DNA from: Mobula birostris | Lineage: Eukaryota | Direction of reading: 5' to 3' | Assembly (NCBI RefSeq): GCF_030028105.1 | Contig: NC_092393.1 | Span: 40,339,248 to 40,403,247, forward strand | Length of the DNA: 64,000 bases | Shown here: positions 51,601 to 64,000 of the stretch, piece by piece | How positions within the stretch are numbered: the first letter of the stretch is position 1 | Layout of the letters: each line of letters opens with the position of its first letter | Notes under the pieces: generated by a model | What the model saw: the letters and a program-made list of their open reading frames with translations, nothing else | What the model was told of the DNA's origin: nothing | Databases searched by the model: none | Made by a program: the position numbers and the translations under genes

Positions 51601-54600
51601 AAATAATGGAGTAAGAAAGGATGCACATAAGCATTAAAAATAACATCTTGGAGGAGGGCTGTAATGAACTGATGAAAAACAAAATAAAGATATTAAAATT
51701 TAATGAAGAGATTATGAGCTTCAATGTAACTAAAACAGGCAATGCTTTTAATTGTTATTCTGGGTATCATTGGCAGAAAGTCTGAAATGAGGGAGTGGCA
51801 AAAGAACAAAGTTGGTTGCTGAAGTAAGTGATGGTTGCAATGGAGATGATATAGCCGGTGCACCGCAGCTCATGGCTGACATAATTAATGTCAATGGCTT
51901 CACATAGCCCAAGGCTAAGAAATAAAATGAAATTAACTTCAACAGCACAGGCTTTGAGTTAAGGTCAGAAAATACCATCTTCGCAATGCATCAATGCACA
52001 TGATCAGAAGAGGCTGCAGAGGATCGGAGGCTCATACAGCTCCATAGTGGCACAAAGCTCCCCACAATCAAGGACATCATCACAAGGCAGTGCCTCAAGA
52101 AGGTAATAGCTATCATTCAGGACCCTCACTATCTGGAACATGCTTTCTTATCACTACCATCAGGGAGGAGGGATTGGAGCCTGCAGACAAACACTCAACA
52201 CTTTAGGAACAGCTTTTCCCCTCTGCCGTTAGTTTTCTGAATGTTCCATGAATTCATGAACACTGCCTTACTATTCCTCCTTTGTACTACATATTTATTT
52301 TATTCTTTATTGTAGTTTGGAGCAATTTTTTATGGCTTGCACTATACTGTTGCCACGCCACAACACAACAAATTTCATGACCTACAGTGTGTCAGTGATA
52401 ATAAACGATTCTGATTCAACAGGAACCTGCAACTCATTGAAGATCTGATGTGCAACAAGCAGTCTGCCAATACAGAGACAATTTGGGATTTATGCAGGCA
52501 TAAGACAAAAGATGAATCTATTAAAATAAAAATAAAAATGGATGCAAGGCTACAGACTTCGTCAGTAAGGATTAACAGAAAAAAAGACGACAGAAAAATG
52601 GGTATGTGAGACTGGAACACTGAAGGACCAGACATGAAGCTGAATAATGGAAGGGGCGGGTAAAAAAGAAATTATAATCAACTTATTAAACTTTCAATTG
52701 ATTTGTTATAATGTACAAACTTACAGGCTGGTTTGCTGTTTTACAGCCTGCATGAACATGATGGATTGAAAGTTTCTGCCTGTTTCTACATTCATAGAGA
52801 ACAATAAATACAGAAACAATGGTGTCACTGCCGTTTGTTTAGGCTGGCCAGATGCAATGATAGAAGGATCAGAATGTATAATTTGGGGGGATCTAGAAAA
52901 GGAGCTGGGGAGGGAAGGCATATTGAGGATTTCAGAGGAAATTCATTAAGAAGAATCAGTTTCATTCCTTTAGATTCTCCATTATGCAGGAACTTAACTA
53001 CCTTTTGTAATGAAGTGAAACCAGAAAATGTTTATTACAATCATCATCAGTTTCATTTTTCCAGATAAACGCTGGGCAGTTGAAATTATTGTTCAAATAA
53101 ATAAACAAATCTCTGTTCCTCCAAATAAGTTTAAATTTTTTGCTGCCTTTAGACTTCTTTGTAGCTTTTTATACATGTCCATGTGGTCTTTAAATACTTT
53201 TTCCACTGTTCTCCAACCTTAAAAAGCACATTCACTTTGCTATCTTACAAGCTATTCAGCCACAGAATCTTCTGCAATTTCTTTTCTTACATATGCATGA
53301 CTGCTCCTGGACAACATCATCCAAAACCAAGGCCCATTTCTATCTGCATACTGACACCATTTAGTTCTGTCACGCCTCCACTGTCATTGTCAGATATTTA
53401 AAATTAATTGAGCAGGACATGCCCCCAATTAAATAATGAGATAATCAAATCCACTGCTCCATTCCACAAACATTAACTCTATATTTCTCCCTGGTAGTTA
53501 CCTGAGAATGGCTGGAACTTCAATATCATATCTGCCCCGAGATTAACTATAAACTGACGAGTTAACATTTCTACCATTATTCTGATCTCTTTTTATCTTC
53601 TCAACTTTTCCTTCACATTAGCATTAGGGCATCTGCAGCCATATACCGCAATCATGTCTTTGGTAGCCCTAGACTTGACTATTCCAACACACTCCTGACC
53701 TGCCTCCCTTAGTCTAGAAACTCAGATCATTTAAAATATATACTGCCCATCTCCTAACTTGCACCTTACCTTATTTCCCATCATATTGGTCCTCAGTGAC
53801 TTATGATGCCTCTCAGATTAAATACTTTGATTTTAAAACTCCTATTTTTCCCTCCCTTCAAAAATATTCTCCCATACATTAAATCATACATGAAATCTCT
53901 GTAATCTTTTCCAGTCTCTCAAACCTCCATAAAGAAATACAGAACTTCTTCAATTTTCTTTCCAAGCATTTGATTTTAATTGTTCCACCATCTAGAGGTC
54001 ATTTCTTCATCTATCAAGGCCCTAAACCTGGCCATTTCTCTAGCTTCCATTACAATTACTCCTTCAAACCTATCTCATTGTCTAAGCAGTTTGTTTTGCA
54101 GTAATATTGTATATTGAAAACACTCCTTTTAAGTGCCTTAGAACACAAAAGGCACATTATAATCACATTTTGTTGTTGTACAGGAGATATATATGGTGTC
54201 TACATCAATAAGCAATGACTCTCTCAGGAAGTCAACAGAGAATCATTTTGCAAGACCTTGAAATAATTAGACCAAAATAGAAGTATATTTTCCATTGGAA
54301 TTACATTTGGTGGCTCTTTATGATCATGGCCACGCTCAACGTATTGGATTTTCAGAACAATACAACTTTTAAAAGTGGGAATATATAGTCATTTTGTTTA
54401 CTAGAAGAATTGGAATCAGGTTTAATATCACTGGCATATGTCGTGAAATTTAACTTTGTGGCAGCAGTACATGACAATAGAAAGAAAAAACTGTGCATAG
54501 TTAAATATGTAGTGCAAAAATATAGGAAAGAAAAAAGTAATGAGGTACTAGAAGAGTTTATCTTTAGAAAAGTTCAGTATAAATCCAGGATGATGAAATT

Positions 54601-55324
54601 ATACAGATGGTGTTACACAAAATTCTAATAATTTACACGAAGATCATGACAATGAGTCAGAGCTGTTAAGTTGTTTAGCACAGAAACGGGTCCTTCAGCC
54701 CAACTTGCCGATGCTAACTATGATGCCTAACTACTTAATCTCAACTGTCCACATTAGGCCATTCACCTCCATTTGCTTCCTAGCCAGTGACCTGTCCAAA
54801 TGTCTTTTAAACATTGTATCTATCTCTACCACCTCCTCTGGCAGCTTGTTCCATATAATATACACTATCAGCCCATGTCATCCTTCTCAGGGAATACGAA
54901 CTTGCACTCCAAGCTCCTTCTGTACATCAACACTTCTGAGGTCGCTGTCATTTACTGAATATGCCCTGTTGAGTTGTGATTTGCTAAGGTCAGGCAACAG
55001 TGCAGTGCCAAGTCTCAAAAGCAGTTTTTGTTTCTTAAGTTTTGCGATTTAAGCTTTCTTATCAAGTATTTGCTATTTATGTAACGGTCCTCATAAAATA
55101 CAAAATTTGGTGACCACTTTCCAAACATTTCCACTCTGTTAACAAACATGATAATACCCTTCCTGTCTCCTGCGACTACAGTTCATTCTCACTATTAAAT
55201 ACTGTATTTTTCTGTCTTTGGTTTATTTTCCAAAACCTCATGAAAACAGTCCACTTAAGTTAAATAGTGCCCTTTAGAACATTAATGTATAATAAAAGAA
55301 GCTAATTACTACATAAACTTCAAA

Positions 55325-55465
55325 AAAGAGAAAATCTGCAGATGCTGGAAATCCAAGTAACACACACAAAATGTAGGAGGAACTCAGCAGACCAGGCAGT
55401 ATCTATGGAAAAGAGTACAGTCGACGTTTCAGGACCAGGCCCTTCATCAGGACTGGAAAAAAGAT
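55325..55465 (-). mobile_element. Penelope-like element end carrying a hammerhead motif
   Basis: Same family as 32800-32897 and 29565-29668; remainder of opposite arm at 56025-56055. Confidence 0.75.
55418..55455 (-). ncRNA. Minimal type I hammerhead ribozyme motif, sense to TEPSIN intron 2
   Basis: Minus strand cagtc-CTGATGA-agggcctggtcct-GAAA-C-GTC-gactg: 5-bp helix I, intact core, stem II hairpin. Confidence 0.7.
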
Positions 55466-55471
55466 GAGGAC

Positions 55472-56024
55472 TCTGGACTTCCCCAACATTGGGAACAATC
55501 TTCCTGAATCTAGCCTGTCCAATCCCTTTAGAATTTTATACGTTTCAATCAGATCCCCCCCTCAATCTTCTAAATTCCAGAGAGTATAAGCCTAGTCAAT
55601 CCAGTCTTTCATCATATGAAAATCCTGCCATCCCAGGAATCAATCTAGTGAACCTTCTTTGTACTCCCTCTATGGCAAGAATGTCTTTTCTCAGATTAGA
55701 GGACCAAAACTGCACACAGTACTCCAGCTGTGGTCTCACCAAGGCCTTGTACAACTGCAGTAGTACCTCCCTGCTCCTGTACTTGTCACACAGACAGTGG
55801 TGAATCTGTGGAATTCTCTGCCACAGGAAACAGTTGAGGTCAGTTCATTGGCTATATTTAAGAGGGAGTTAGATATGGCCCTTGTGGTTAAAGGGATTGG
55901 GGGTATGGAGAGAAGGCAGGTACAGGGTTCTGAGTTGGATGATCAGCCATGATCATACTGAATGGTGGTGCAGGCTCGAAGGGCCGAAAGGCCTACTCCT
56001 GCACCTATTTTCTATGTTTCTATG
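55472..56024 (+). mobile_element. CR1 copy with 5' inversion (55472-55785 inverted, 55786-56024 forward)
   Basis: Inverted part matches 47979-48291 and forward part matches 48356 to the end of the CR1 at 46-48.6 kb. Confidence 0.9.
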
Positions 56025-56469
56025 ACTCCAGCTTTTTGTGTGTGCGTGTGTTACCACATAAACCTAATTAGTTTTACAATTAATAAACATGTTCAGATCC
56101 AATTGCAAATGATTTTGGTTTATAATGTAAAATACCAGTACTTATACAATTACTGTATAATTAATTTGAGGATTCACTCATGTACATTGTTGCTTTACTT
56201 ACTTATACATATATTATCATGCAAAATGACTGTCTCCCAAATTGTATTTCATAGACCTATACTTTAACGATTATTCATTCTTTGTAACATATTTTTACAT
56301 AGTTCCTTCCTAATTATAAGCTGCAGACTTTAATAATCATAAAGATAACTCCAAATTTGTATTTCATAAATGCAATGTAAAACTTACATCAGTCAGTTTA
56401 AGTGTTCTGTTTCTCATAATTAACAATATTAGGATTAACATATCTTATATGAATCAAGTACAAGGATAC

Positions 56470-56542
56470 TGACGATCTCTTCAAACAGATACCCAGGACA
56501 TGGTATTTCATCATCCGACGTGGCTTTCATTAGCATAGGAAG
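56470..56542 (-). CDS. TEPSIN: TEPSIN exon 2 (start of ENTH domain)
   Basis: LPMLMKATSDDEIPCPGYLFEEIV; cag/gtatcc; 73 nt. Confidence 0.94.
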
Positions 56543-57899
56543 CTGGAAAGGAACAGTGATATTAAAGAGGTGAATGGACCTTAAATACAGCAGCCAGCTT
56601 TTGCACAGAGACAAAGTTGCAGACAATGTCTGTTGTTTAGATGTGACATGTAGTTACTCTGCAAGACACAAACCCTAATGATCTACAAATGATTAAAGCT
56701 TTTATTCATTCTGCAAAGAGTACAACCTGCCCATTGTAGTTTGCTCTTATTATCACAACGAAAAGTGTAATTTGAATTTGTCACAGCAAGAAAGCAATGG
56801 GAAAGGTTTTGGAGGTGCCAAGAAGACAAAGAAGCTGAGCAATAGGAAGAATTCAGAAATTCAAGCAATTGGACAAACAAGAAAATCTGAACTTCTTAAA
56901 TCCCAAATTTGCTGTTTGGTGAAAAGTGCTGGACTTTAGACGGAAAAACACAATCTACGATGATCGGGGGCCTCACATTTTAATTAGTCACCAATGAGGA
57001 GTTTCAACATAGAATAAATAAAATAGAATATGTACATAGAATTCTGTGCTCAATAACATAGAATAAATTTACCTATTAAAAGATTATGATGACTTTGTCC
57101 ACAGACTGAATTAATATAATTTCAAATTTGTGTTTGTGTGTATGATTCCGTCTCAAATTTTAATAGAAAATTACCAAAGTACTTAGTCAGAAAGAAATTT
57201 TAAATAAAGCAATATGATAGTACTTTCTAAATTTCTTATTGTGTAAATGGACAAGGTTAGATAAGCCATTCAAATCATTTAGAAGTTACAATGTTTTATT
57301 GCTTCAAAGTTCAGACAAGAAAGGTTTTAACTAAAAGGTTTTATGGGAACCATAAAATTGACAGTAGTGTCGTTCTTTAAGAATAGTTATGTTATCTTCC
57401 TGCTTTTGCAGTGATATAAAAGTGGGAAAAAAACTCCAGATCTAGACATAATATATTTAAGCACTTGGACTGGTGGTTTATCAGCTGTATTCTTAAATAC
57501 AGTAAATGATGAAAACCAGCCTTGGGTTGGTGTGTCAGAAATCAGTGGTTCAAACTTGTATCTGTGCACAAAGTGTATTATTTCAGAATAGTGCTGAGAA
57601 AAACTTCTTGCCAAAGAATGAACTTTTAAATGAGAATGAATTGCAGGGTCTCTGTTTTCTCAGATGATTGTATAATGATCCAATAACACTAAATGAAGAA
57701 AATCAATGGAGTTTAATGAACACACTGGCCAATAATCTGTCAAATATCAAATAGGTTATCAGGACATTTATTGTATTGCTTTTGGGAAACTTTCTTGTAT
57801 TCAAGTCAACAGCCATATTTTTAAAATTTATTTTTGGGATGTATGTCTCCTCCTAATTGCAAAGGGGGAATTAAGGTCTATAATGGCTCTGGAGTCAAT

Positions 57900-58405
57900 T
57901 GCTGGCCAATTTGCTAGGTACATCTGTACACCTGCTCGTTAATGCAAATATCTAATTAGCCAATCATGTGTCAGCCACACAATGACTAAATGTATACAGA
58001 CACGGTCAAGAGGTTCAGTTGTTGTTTAGACCAAACATCAGAATGGGGGAATAAAAGTGACCTTGACTGGAGAATGAATGCTGGTGCCAGATGGGTTGAT
58101 TTGAGTATCTCAGAAATTGCTGATCTCCAGGGATTTTCAAGCACAACTGTTTCTAGAGTTTATAGAGAATGGTGCGAAAAAAAGAAAAAAAAAAACATAT
58201 AGTGAGTGGTAGTTCTGTGGGCGATTGAATGGTTGGATTAGTTCAAGCTGGGAGGACAATAACAATAGCTCAGCAAAGCATATGTTACAACAGTAGTGTG
58301 CAGAAGATCATCCCTGAATGCACAATCTTGGAAGTCCATGGGCTACAGCAGCATAAGGCCGCATCAGGTTCCACTCCTGTACCTAATAAACTGGCCACTT
58401 AGTGG
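57900..58405 (+). mobile_element. Tc1-like non-autonomous element (third copy)
   Basis: SISEIADLQGFSSTTVSRVYREWCEK; right terminal repeat gtacctaataaactggccacttagtg in inverted orientation. Confidence 0.8.
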
Positions 58406-59215
58406 ATGCCCTTCATCAGAGAAGAACAGCAAATTCCCTTCTCCAACGAATATTAGTCAGCCACACAGGGTCTTACAACAACCAAGTAGTTTCGTTATTG
58501 TTGCTAGTGGGACTAGCCTTTATATGAATCTTAGAATTATTGAAATACTTAAATTTAAATTCCCCAGCTGCCACTGTTGCTTTCATAATCACACCTCTAG
58601 AACAATGACCTAGAACTCTGGTCACACAAAACTATGTAACTAACAAACTGATGGAGGACCTCAGCGGGCTGAGCAGCGTCTTCGGGAGGATAGGAAATGT
58701 TTACTTTTTCGATCGAAAACTTTTTAAAAGTTCGCAAATCTTGAAGAGTCGTCGCAGTGGTGACACAAGAGACCTCAAATGCTGTAATGTGGAGCAGATT
58801 TCTTTTCCTCCTACGGATGCTGCCTGGTTCACTTGGATGGTTTCGAGCTTCAGATTCCAGCACCTGTAGTCTGTTGTGTCTCCTCCGTTGGGTGTTAAGG
58901 GTGGTTTATTCAAGGATAATGAATACATTGACCTGGGATCTTGCTACTGGCTACAGTACCTGAATGATTGTGTGGCTACCGATGGAAACCAGGGCACTCG
59001 CCCCGGTCTCCGAGAGGCTGCACCTTCGCTCTTCCGTCTCTGAGAAGCAGCCAGGAGCCAGTTGTTTATAGCCCTGTGTGAATTGTGGCCGCGCCCGGAC
59101 CCCACGCTACTCCAGACCCCCTCCAACTTCCATTATAATCGCGGCAGCATGATTTATAATGGAGTCCACCCTCACTCCCTCACTCCACAACACGCCGCCA
59201 CCCGACATCACTCAC

Positions 59216-59254
59216 TCTCTGCAGAAATCCCAGCTTCTCCCCGACCGATGCCAT
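59216..59254 (-). CDS. TEPSIN: TEPSIN coding exon 1
   Basis: MASVGEKLGFLQR|gtgagt in CpG island; resembles human ...DRLSFLHR; phase 0 matches exon 2; the 13 exons join to an open 1923-nt CDS. Confidence 0.88.
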
Positions 59255-59471
59255 CACCTCGAGCACGTCACTCCGTAACTGGCATGTGGCTGGTCCAATC
59301 CGCTGACCGCAGAGCCCCGCCCGTTCCTCGCCGTGCCCCACCCGCCAATCAGTAGCCGGCGGAGGGCGGGAGTTGGGATGCCGTCATTCTACCGCGACGG
59401 GAGCAGGTATGGCTGCGCTCTAGGTATGGCTGGTTGCTGGCTGATTTTCCTTCCCGCTTTACTTCGGGACG

Positions 59472-59552
59472 ATGCCAGGGAATGAGGTGTGGATCCGCAC
59501 GAGGGAAAGACTCAGGAGGTTCCCGCAGATCATGGCAGCGTGCACGGAGGAA
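59472..59552 (+). CDS. NDUFAF8: NDUFAF8 (C17orf89) coding exon 1, complex I assembly factor; downstream exons not found in window
   Basis: MPGNEVWIRTRERLRRFPQIMAACTEE|gtgagt aligns with human MSANGAVWGRVRSRLRAFPERLAACGAE; head-to-head with TEPSIN as in human. Confidence 0.88.
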
Positions 59553-60047
59553 GTGAGTAAATATATTTACAATTTTGTGACATCCAGCTGTTGCACCAAT
59601 GTTGTTCGCTCCTCTTTTCCAGAATAACTTGTATTTAGTATAAAGAAGCACCACAGATGTAAATACTGAGGCTGCAGCTGTTATTAAGGGGCAATATATG
59701 GTGAAAATGAAGAGGAATATTACTTTTTTTGGTTGAAACACAAGTGACAAGCAGATGCCAGAATCTGAAGCAATAAAAATCTGTTGGAAATACTCAGCAG
59801 GTCTAACAGCATCTGTGAGAGGGAAAGGAGTCTTCCAAGTTTTGGATCGAAACACTGCTTCAGGACTCTTTCTAATTATTTTCCAGGATCTGGTGGTCGC
59901 TAGGAAGTCCATTATTTATTGCCTTTCTCCAATTGCCCTTCAGTATATAGTGGTGAGCTGCCACTTTGAACTTTTGCACTCCTGGTGAAGATTCTCCCAC
60001 AGTGCTGTAGGAGGGAGTTCTAGGATATAGACATAGTAGGAATGGTG

Positions 60048-60775
60048 ATAGAGATTCCGGATAGTTGGGCCATTGGTTAATCAGAGCAGCTGTTTATTTG
60101 GGGCAACTCTTAAAGAACAAAAACTAAATCGAGAAAATAGCCGAGTTCCCTTTGTTTATTTGGGACACTAGGCCGCTTAATTGAGACAGGAGACTGTTGC
60201 CAAACAGTTTCTAACCAGCGTCAGTTGCGTACACTTGCATCGCCATTAGATACTACATGGTGCTTAGAGCAGTCAGATTTTTAAAGTAAGCAGTAAGACA
60301 TTTCTAAACTGTTTTGTTCACTGCAGCTTCAAGCATTTAGGCCTGCAATAACAACTGGGAGTGAAAATGAAACAATTCAATTACTTCAAGTTAGGAGTTA
60401 TGAAGGTATTTTGAATATTACAATGAAAATGAAGTGCGGTCATCTAAAATATTGTATGAAGACAGTCCATTATCTGCACTAATCTGCTGATTTTGTTCAT
60501 TACAGTCAATCAAAAGAACTGGGCAGATAAATTCTTCCACCGATAACTATGAGGAATTAATAGACAGTTTTGTAGTACTGTAGATGTTTTGGTAGTCCAA
60601 TGCTTTCTGTATTTCATTTAAGTATATAAATTGTTGCTCAGTTAAGTGATAGTTTGCTGGGTTTTTTTTTTACCTTTTAACTATTTCTATGAAACTTGGG
60701 CTAATTGGGGCAGCCACTTAATTGGGCCAAAATGTACTTGTCCTGATGTGCCCCAATTAATCGGAAACCACTATT
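60048..60775. mobile_element. Tigger/pogo-type MITE (inverted homolog of 20216-21164)
   Basis: Shared internal blocks in reverse complement; degenerate TIRs. Confidence 0.7.
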
Positions 60776-60863
60776 TCCAAAGCAGGCTGGTGTTTGGAGA
60801 ACAGAGATCTGGACAGCAGTTACTCACTGAGGCTACTGAGAGAGCGCCTCTCAAACTTATAAG

Positions 60864-63291
60864 TGTTGTGTATTTAATATTTTTGTAATATTCAAGTAAT
60901 GTATATATATTCCCTCTGGGTAGCCTCCAACCAGATGGCGTGAACATCGATTTCTTGAACTTCCGGCAGTTGCCCCCTCCCTCTTCTTCACCATTCTCCA
61001 TTCCTGTTTCCCTCTCTCACCTGATCTCCTTACCTGCCCGTCACCTCCTTCTGGTGCTCTTCCTCCAGCCCTTTATCTCTTTCACCAATCGACCTCCCAG
61101 TTCTTTACTTCACCCCTCCGCCTCTTCGGTTTCAGTGGAATCAAAAAGAAAGGGACTCCATTTCAGCGCACGTGGCTGAATTGAAGAAATTGTCTGAGCA
61201 TTGTTAGTTTAGTGATGGGCTTAATGATGCACTAAGAGATTATTTAGTTCGTGGAATCTTACAAGAAAGCATTCAAAAACAGCTCCTAACTGAAGCCCAA
61301 CTTATACTTAAAAGAGCAGCTGAAAATTCAGGGGAAACTGCAGACAGAGATGCAGTTGAGTTACTGTCAGGAATGAAAGTGAGCGGGAAGAAAATTGCAA
61401 TGCTTAAACAAAAACCGCCTGGCTAAACAATTTGTGCTACCATTGTGGCAGGTGAAACTTGTAGAATATGTAACAAAGTAGGACATAATGCAAAAAGTAT
61501 GTCAGGCAGGCAAAAATAAATGGACTGCACAGGGGAGAGAAAAAGTTTAGAAAGTCAAGTTGCATTTTCAAAAATAGCACAATTTTGCATTCTGTTGGAA
61601 AACTCTGATAATGAGAGTGATGCAGGACTAGGTAACCTTGAGAGTTACAGTGTGAAAGTTAATAATAGACTAGCAATATGGCTTACACCAGAAGTGAATG
61701 GCAAATTAATTAAAATGGAATTGGACACTGGCTCTGCTGTTTCAGTCATTCCACAAAGTGGGCTTGAATGGCATTTCAGAGATACTGAACTGAAGCCTTC
61801 AGATGTCCAACTAAGAACATATTCTGGAGGAAAGATATTTCCTGTGGGAATGACATTTGCAATATTGAAATACAACAACCAACAAGCCACATTGGGTTTG
61901 TATGTGTTCAAAACAGGAGGGCGAGCGTGGTGGGGACGTGACTGGCTGAGACAACTACAACTCGACTGGAGTTCCATCCACCATTTGTACGCCACAACTG
62001 TCTCCATGCTATACACCATGAACTGTTGCCCAACAGAGGGCAAACATGTTGGTGCCAATCTCTGTGCCTCTGGTTGGAAAGCATATTGGACTGAGGAATG
62101 ACCATGCTGCTCAGAGAAATCATGCAAGTGGCAAAAGAGGTGATCGAACTACGATAGTTTCTTATAGGCATCATATCTGAGAAGCCGCTGATATGTTAAT
62201 CAGGCAGTTACTTGCGAAACATGGCTTGGTTTTAAACTGCAAGAGAGCTCAAGTCGCTTCAGGAAAGTTGCAAGCATTTGGCATTTGTGATTACAAAGAA
62301 ACAAAATCTACTCTACTTGCATTGAGGTTATTGCTTGAACTTCAAGTGGGAGACAAAAAGCTGCTTATAAAAGTAGAGGTAAAACCAAAGTTCAGCTGGA
62401 TGAATGAAAGGCCAAAAAAATGGAGTCAATGGAGATATGAAAACAGTGGGTTTGTCAGATGATGTCCTGGATGAGGAAACCAAGAGGAGAGATCAGATTG
62501 TAATGGGAGCAATAGAAAGATTAATAAGAGAATATTTCAATGAACTAAATACACCTTCCCAATATCAAGATGCAGAAACTAGAAAGAACAAAAAGGAAAA
62601 GCAAGAGGAAGATAGCATGCATGCTATCAAAATGGAAGAGGATAAACAAGACCTAATTTCGCAAGAAATTTAGCAACTTCAGGGATGCTCACAAGAATTT
62701 AGAAGAAGAAAAAGAAGACAAAGTTGAGAAGGATCGACACAATAAAGCTGAGAAAAGGAGAGGAAGACATTCGAGTGGTTGCTGCCACTTCCTGCAACCA
62801 CCATGGAAGAAGCCCCAGGGCCTGAGATTGTTTCACAGCCACAGGTCTCACCTGCCAAGCAGAGTGACCTCCCTTGTCAGAAAAGGCGTTATTCTGCAAA
62901 AGTAAGGAAGCCTCCGCGGCATTTAAATCTTTAGGACTGAATGGGATGGTTTAAAAATTGACCAGGCTGCGGATGTCGGTATAGTAATTGTATTATATAG
63001 TATACTGTGTATATAGTTAAAATGCATTCTATAGCTAAGCAAGGTATTGTGAATTTAATATTTCAGTAATATTTGAGTAATCTTGTAAATATGTTGATTA
63101 AGCATACTTTATTTGTTTAAATAATTCGTTATGGATTATGTAAAAATACGTGAATTGCATATGCCATGGCACTACCAAGTGATACGTACGTGTCTCGCTT
63201 AAAGTAAAAATGAATGTACATGATTTATCTCCTGGGCTCCCATCTTTTTATTCCAATTAGTTTTGATGTTTTGGAGTTCAAAAAGGTAACA
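60864..63291 (+). mobile_element. Degenerate Gypsy LTR retrotransposon (gag, protease, 3' LTR)
   Basis: 5' LTR start tgttgtgtatttaatattt matches ~63045 tattgtgaatttaatattt...gtaaca; gag ELKKLSEHC...DALRD, Cys/His knuckle; protease MELDTGSAVSVI...GRDWL; integrase tail RRYSAKVRKPPRHLNL; RT not recognisable. Confidence 0.8.
60910..61130 (+). mobile_element. Penelope GIY-YIG C-terminal fragment inside the Gypsy 5' LTR (similar minus-strand remnant ~43930-44005)
   Basis: LGSLQPDGVNIDFLNFR followed by pyrimidine-rich 3' region. Confidence 0.65.
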
Positions 63292-63639
63292 GTAACCTCT
63301 ATTGCCTTGAAGATCAAGGGTAGCAGCACGTGGGAATACTGCCACCTGCAGGCTCTCTTGCAAGTCATACAGCTAACTAGAAAATAGATTTTCTATCTAT
63401 CTTCTCAAGGTCACAGGGATGGGCAATGAAAATTGGCATAGATCTCATGAATGGTAAAAAAAGAAAATTGATAACTCTAGTCTTTTGCAGTAATTACCTG
63501 GAGAAAAATAAAACACATTTGGACATGAATATTAAGGAAGTGACACAAAACCTGCAAATTTGCTAACCTTACTTCCCTAACATTCATATCCAAATGTTTT
63601 TTTATTTTTGTGGACTTGACAGCAAGTATGTCCACAAGG

Positions 63640-64000
63640 ATATTGATCAGTTGTTAAAATGGACAAAACAGTGGCAGATAGAATTTAATCCTGGTATGTG
63701 CAAAATGATGTGTTTTGGAATGTGTAATGAAGGTAGAACATACACCATTCTGTTTGAGAGTAATGTACCCAAAGATCCCTGAAGGTGTCAGCACAGTAGT
63801 TAAGGAAGTGATGAAGGCATACAGTATAGTAACTTGTATTACTCAGGACACAAAATATAAGATCAGATAGGATGTAGAACAGCTTTACACAACATTTCTA
63901 AAGCCACATCGGGAATACTGTACTGTATGCAGTTCTGGTTACCACCCTATCAGAATGATGGGATTGGACTGGAGAAGTTCCATCAGAGATTGTCTGGGAT
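63640..64000 (+). mobile_element. Degenerate CR1 RT fragment
   Basis: DIDQLLKWTKQWQIEFNPGMCKMMCFG ... QFWLP. Confidence 0.75.

Larger units (their letters stand above)
58990..59560. promoter_or_regulatory. CpG island / bidirectional promoter TEPSIN-NDUFAF8
   Basis: CpG-rich; divergent ATGs at 59254 (-) and 59472 (+); CCAAT boxes (~59295, ~59345), CRE-like cacgtca (~59264), GC boxes. Confidence 0.88.

Noticed and set aside
56690-56740. Minus-strand MGRLYSLQN as possible TEPSIN exon 1
   Set aside because: No adjacent donor; a better exon with gtgagt exists at 59216-59254.
58950-59060. Minus-strand donor cag|gtactg as an alternative TEPSIN exon end
   Set aside because: Single motif with no coding similarity or transcript support.
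59349-59912. 187-aa minus-strand ORF
   Set aside because: Chimera of a Penelope end, intron and antisense NDUFAF8 exon.
1-64000. CRISPR arrays, rRNA, snoRNAs, prokaryotic operons
   Set aside because: No regularly spaced repeats or convincing motifs seen; the DNA is eukaryotic.

Overview
AT-rich, repeat-dense vertebrate genomic DNA. The repeat complement (V-SINE/HE1-like and Deu-type SINEs, CR1 with (TTCTATGT)n tails, Rex/Babar-like 3' ends, Penelope fold-back ends) points to a cartilaginous fish, probably a ray (inference). I reconstructed three spliced genes by hand from GT-AG sites and phase continuity: (1) FAM104A/VCF1 on +, 3 coding exons (2356-2372, 12993-13104, 16068-16292; 117 aa); (2) TEPSIN (AP-4 accessory subunit) on -, 13 coding exons from 59254 to 22776 (640 aa), convergent with FAM104A; (3) the first coding exon of NDUFAF8 on + (59472-59552), head-to-head with TEPSIN across 217 bp in a CpG-rich promoter. 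Introns hold a 5'-truncated L1-clade LINE, a young CR1, a Gypsy remnant, Tc1/Tigger/Harbinger-type DNA elements, SINEs and many Penelope-derived ends. Best leads: intact minimal hammerhead ribozyme motifs in Penelope-derived elements (one in TEPSIN sense orientation, one overlapping a perfect 78-bp palindrome); a candidate alternative FAM104A exon that would swap the NLS exon for a hydrophobic segment or act as a poison exon; a CR1 copy with twin-priming geometry; a locally templated ~250-bp insertion; and altered AP-4 beta and LIR motifs in tepsin. Gene and repeat identities come from recalled sequence similarity, not database searches. Most short ORFs in the track are spurious.
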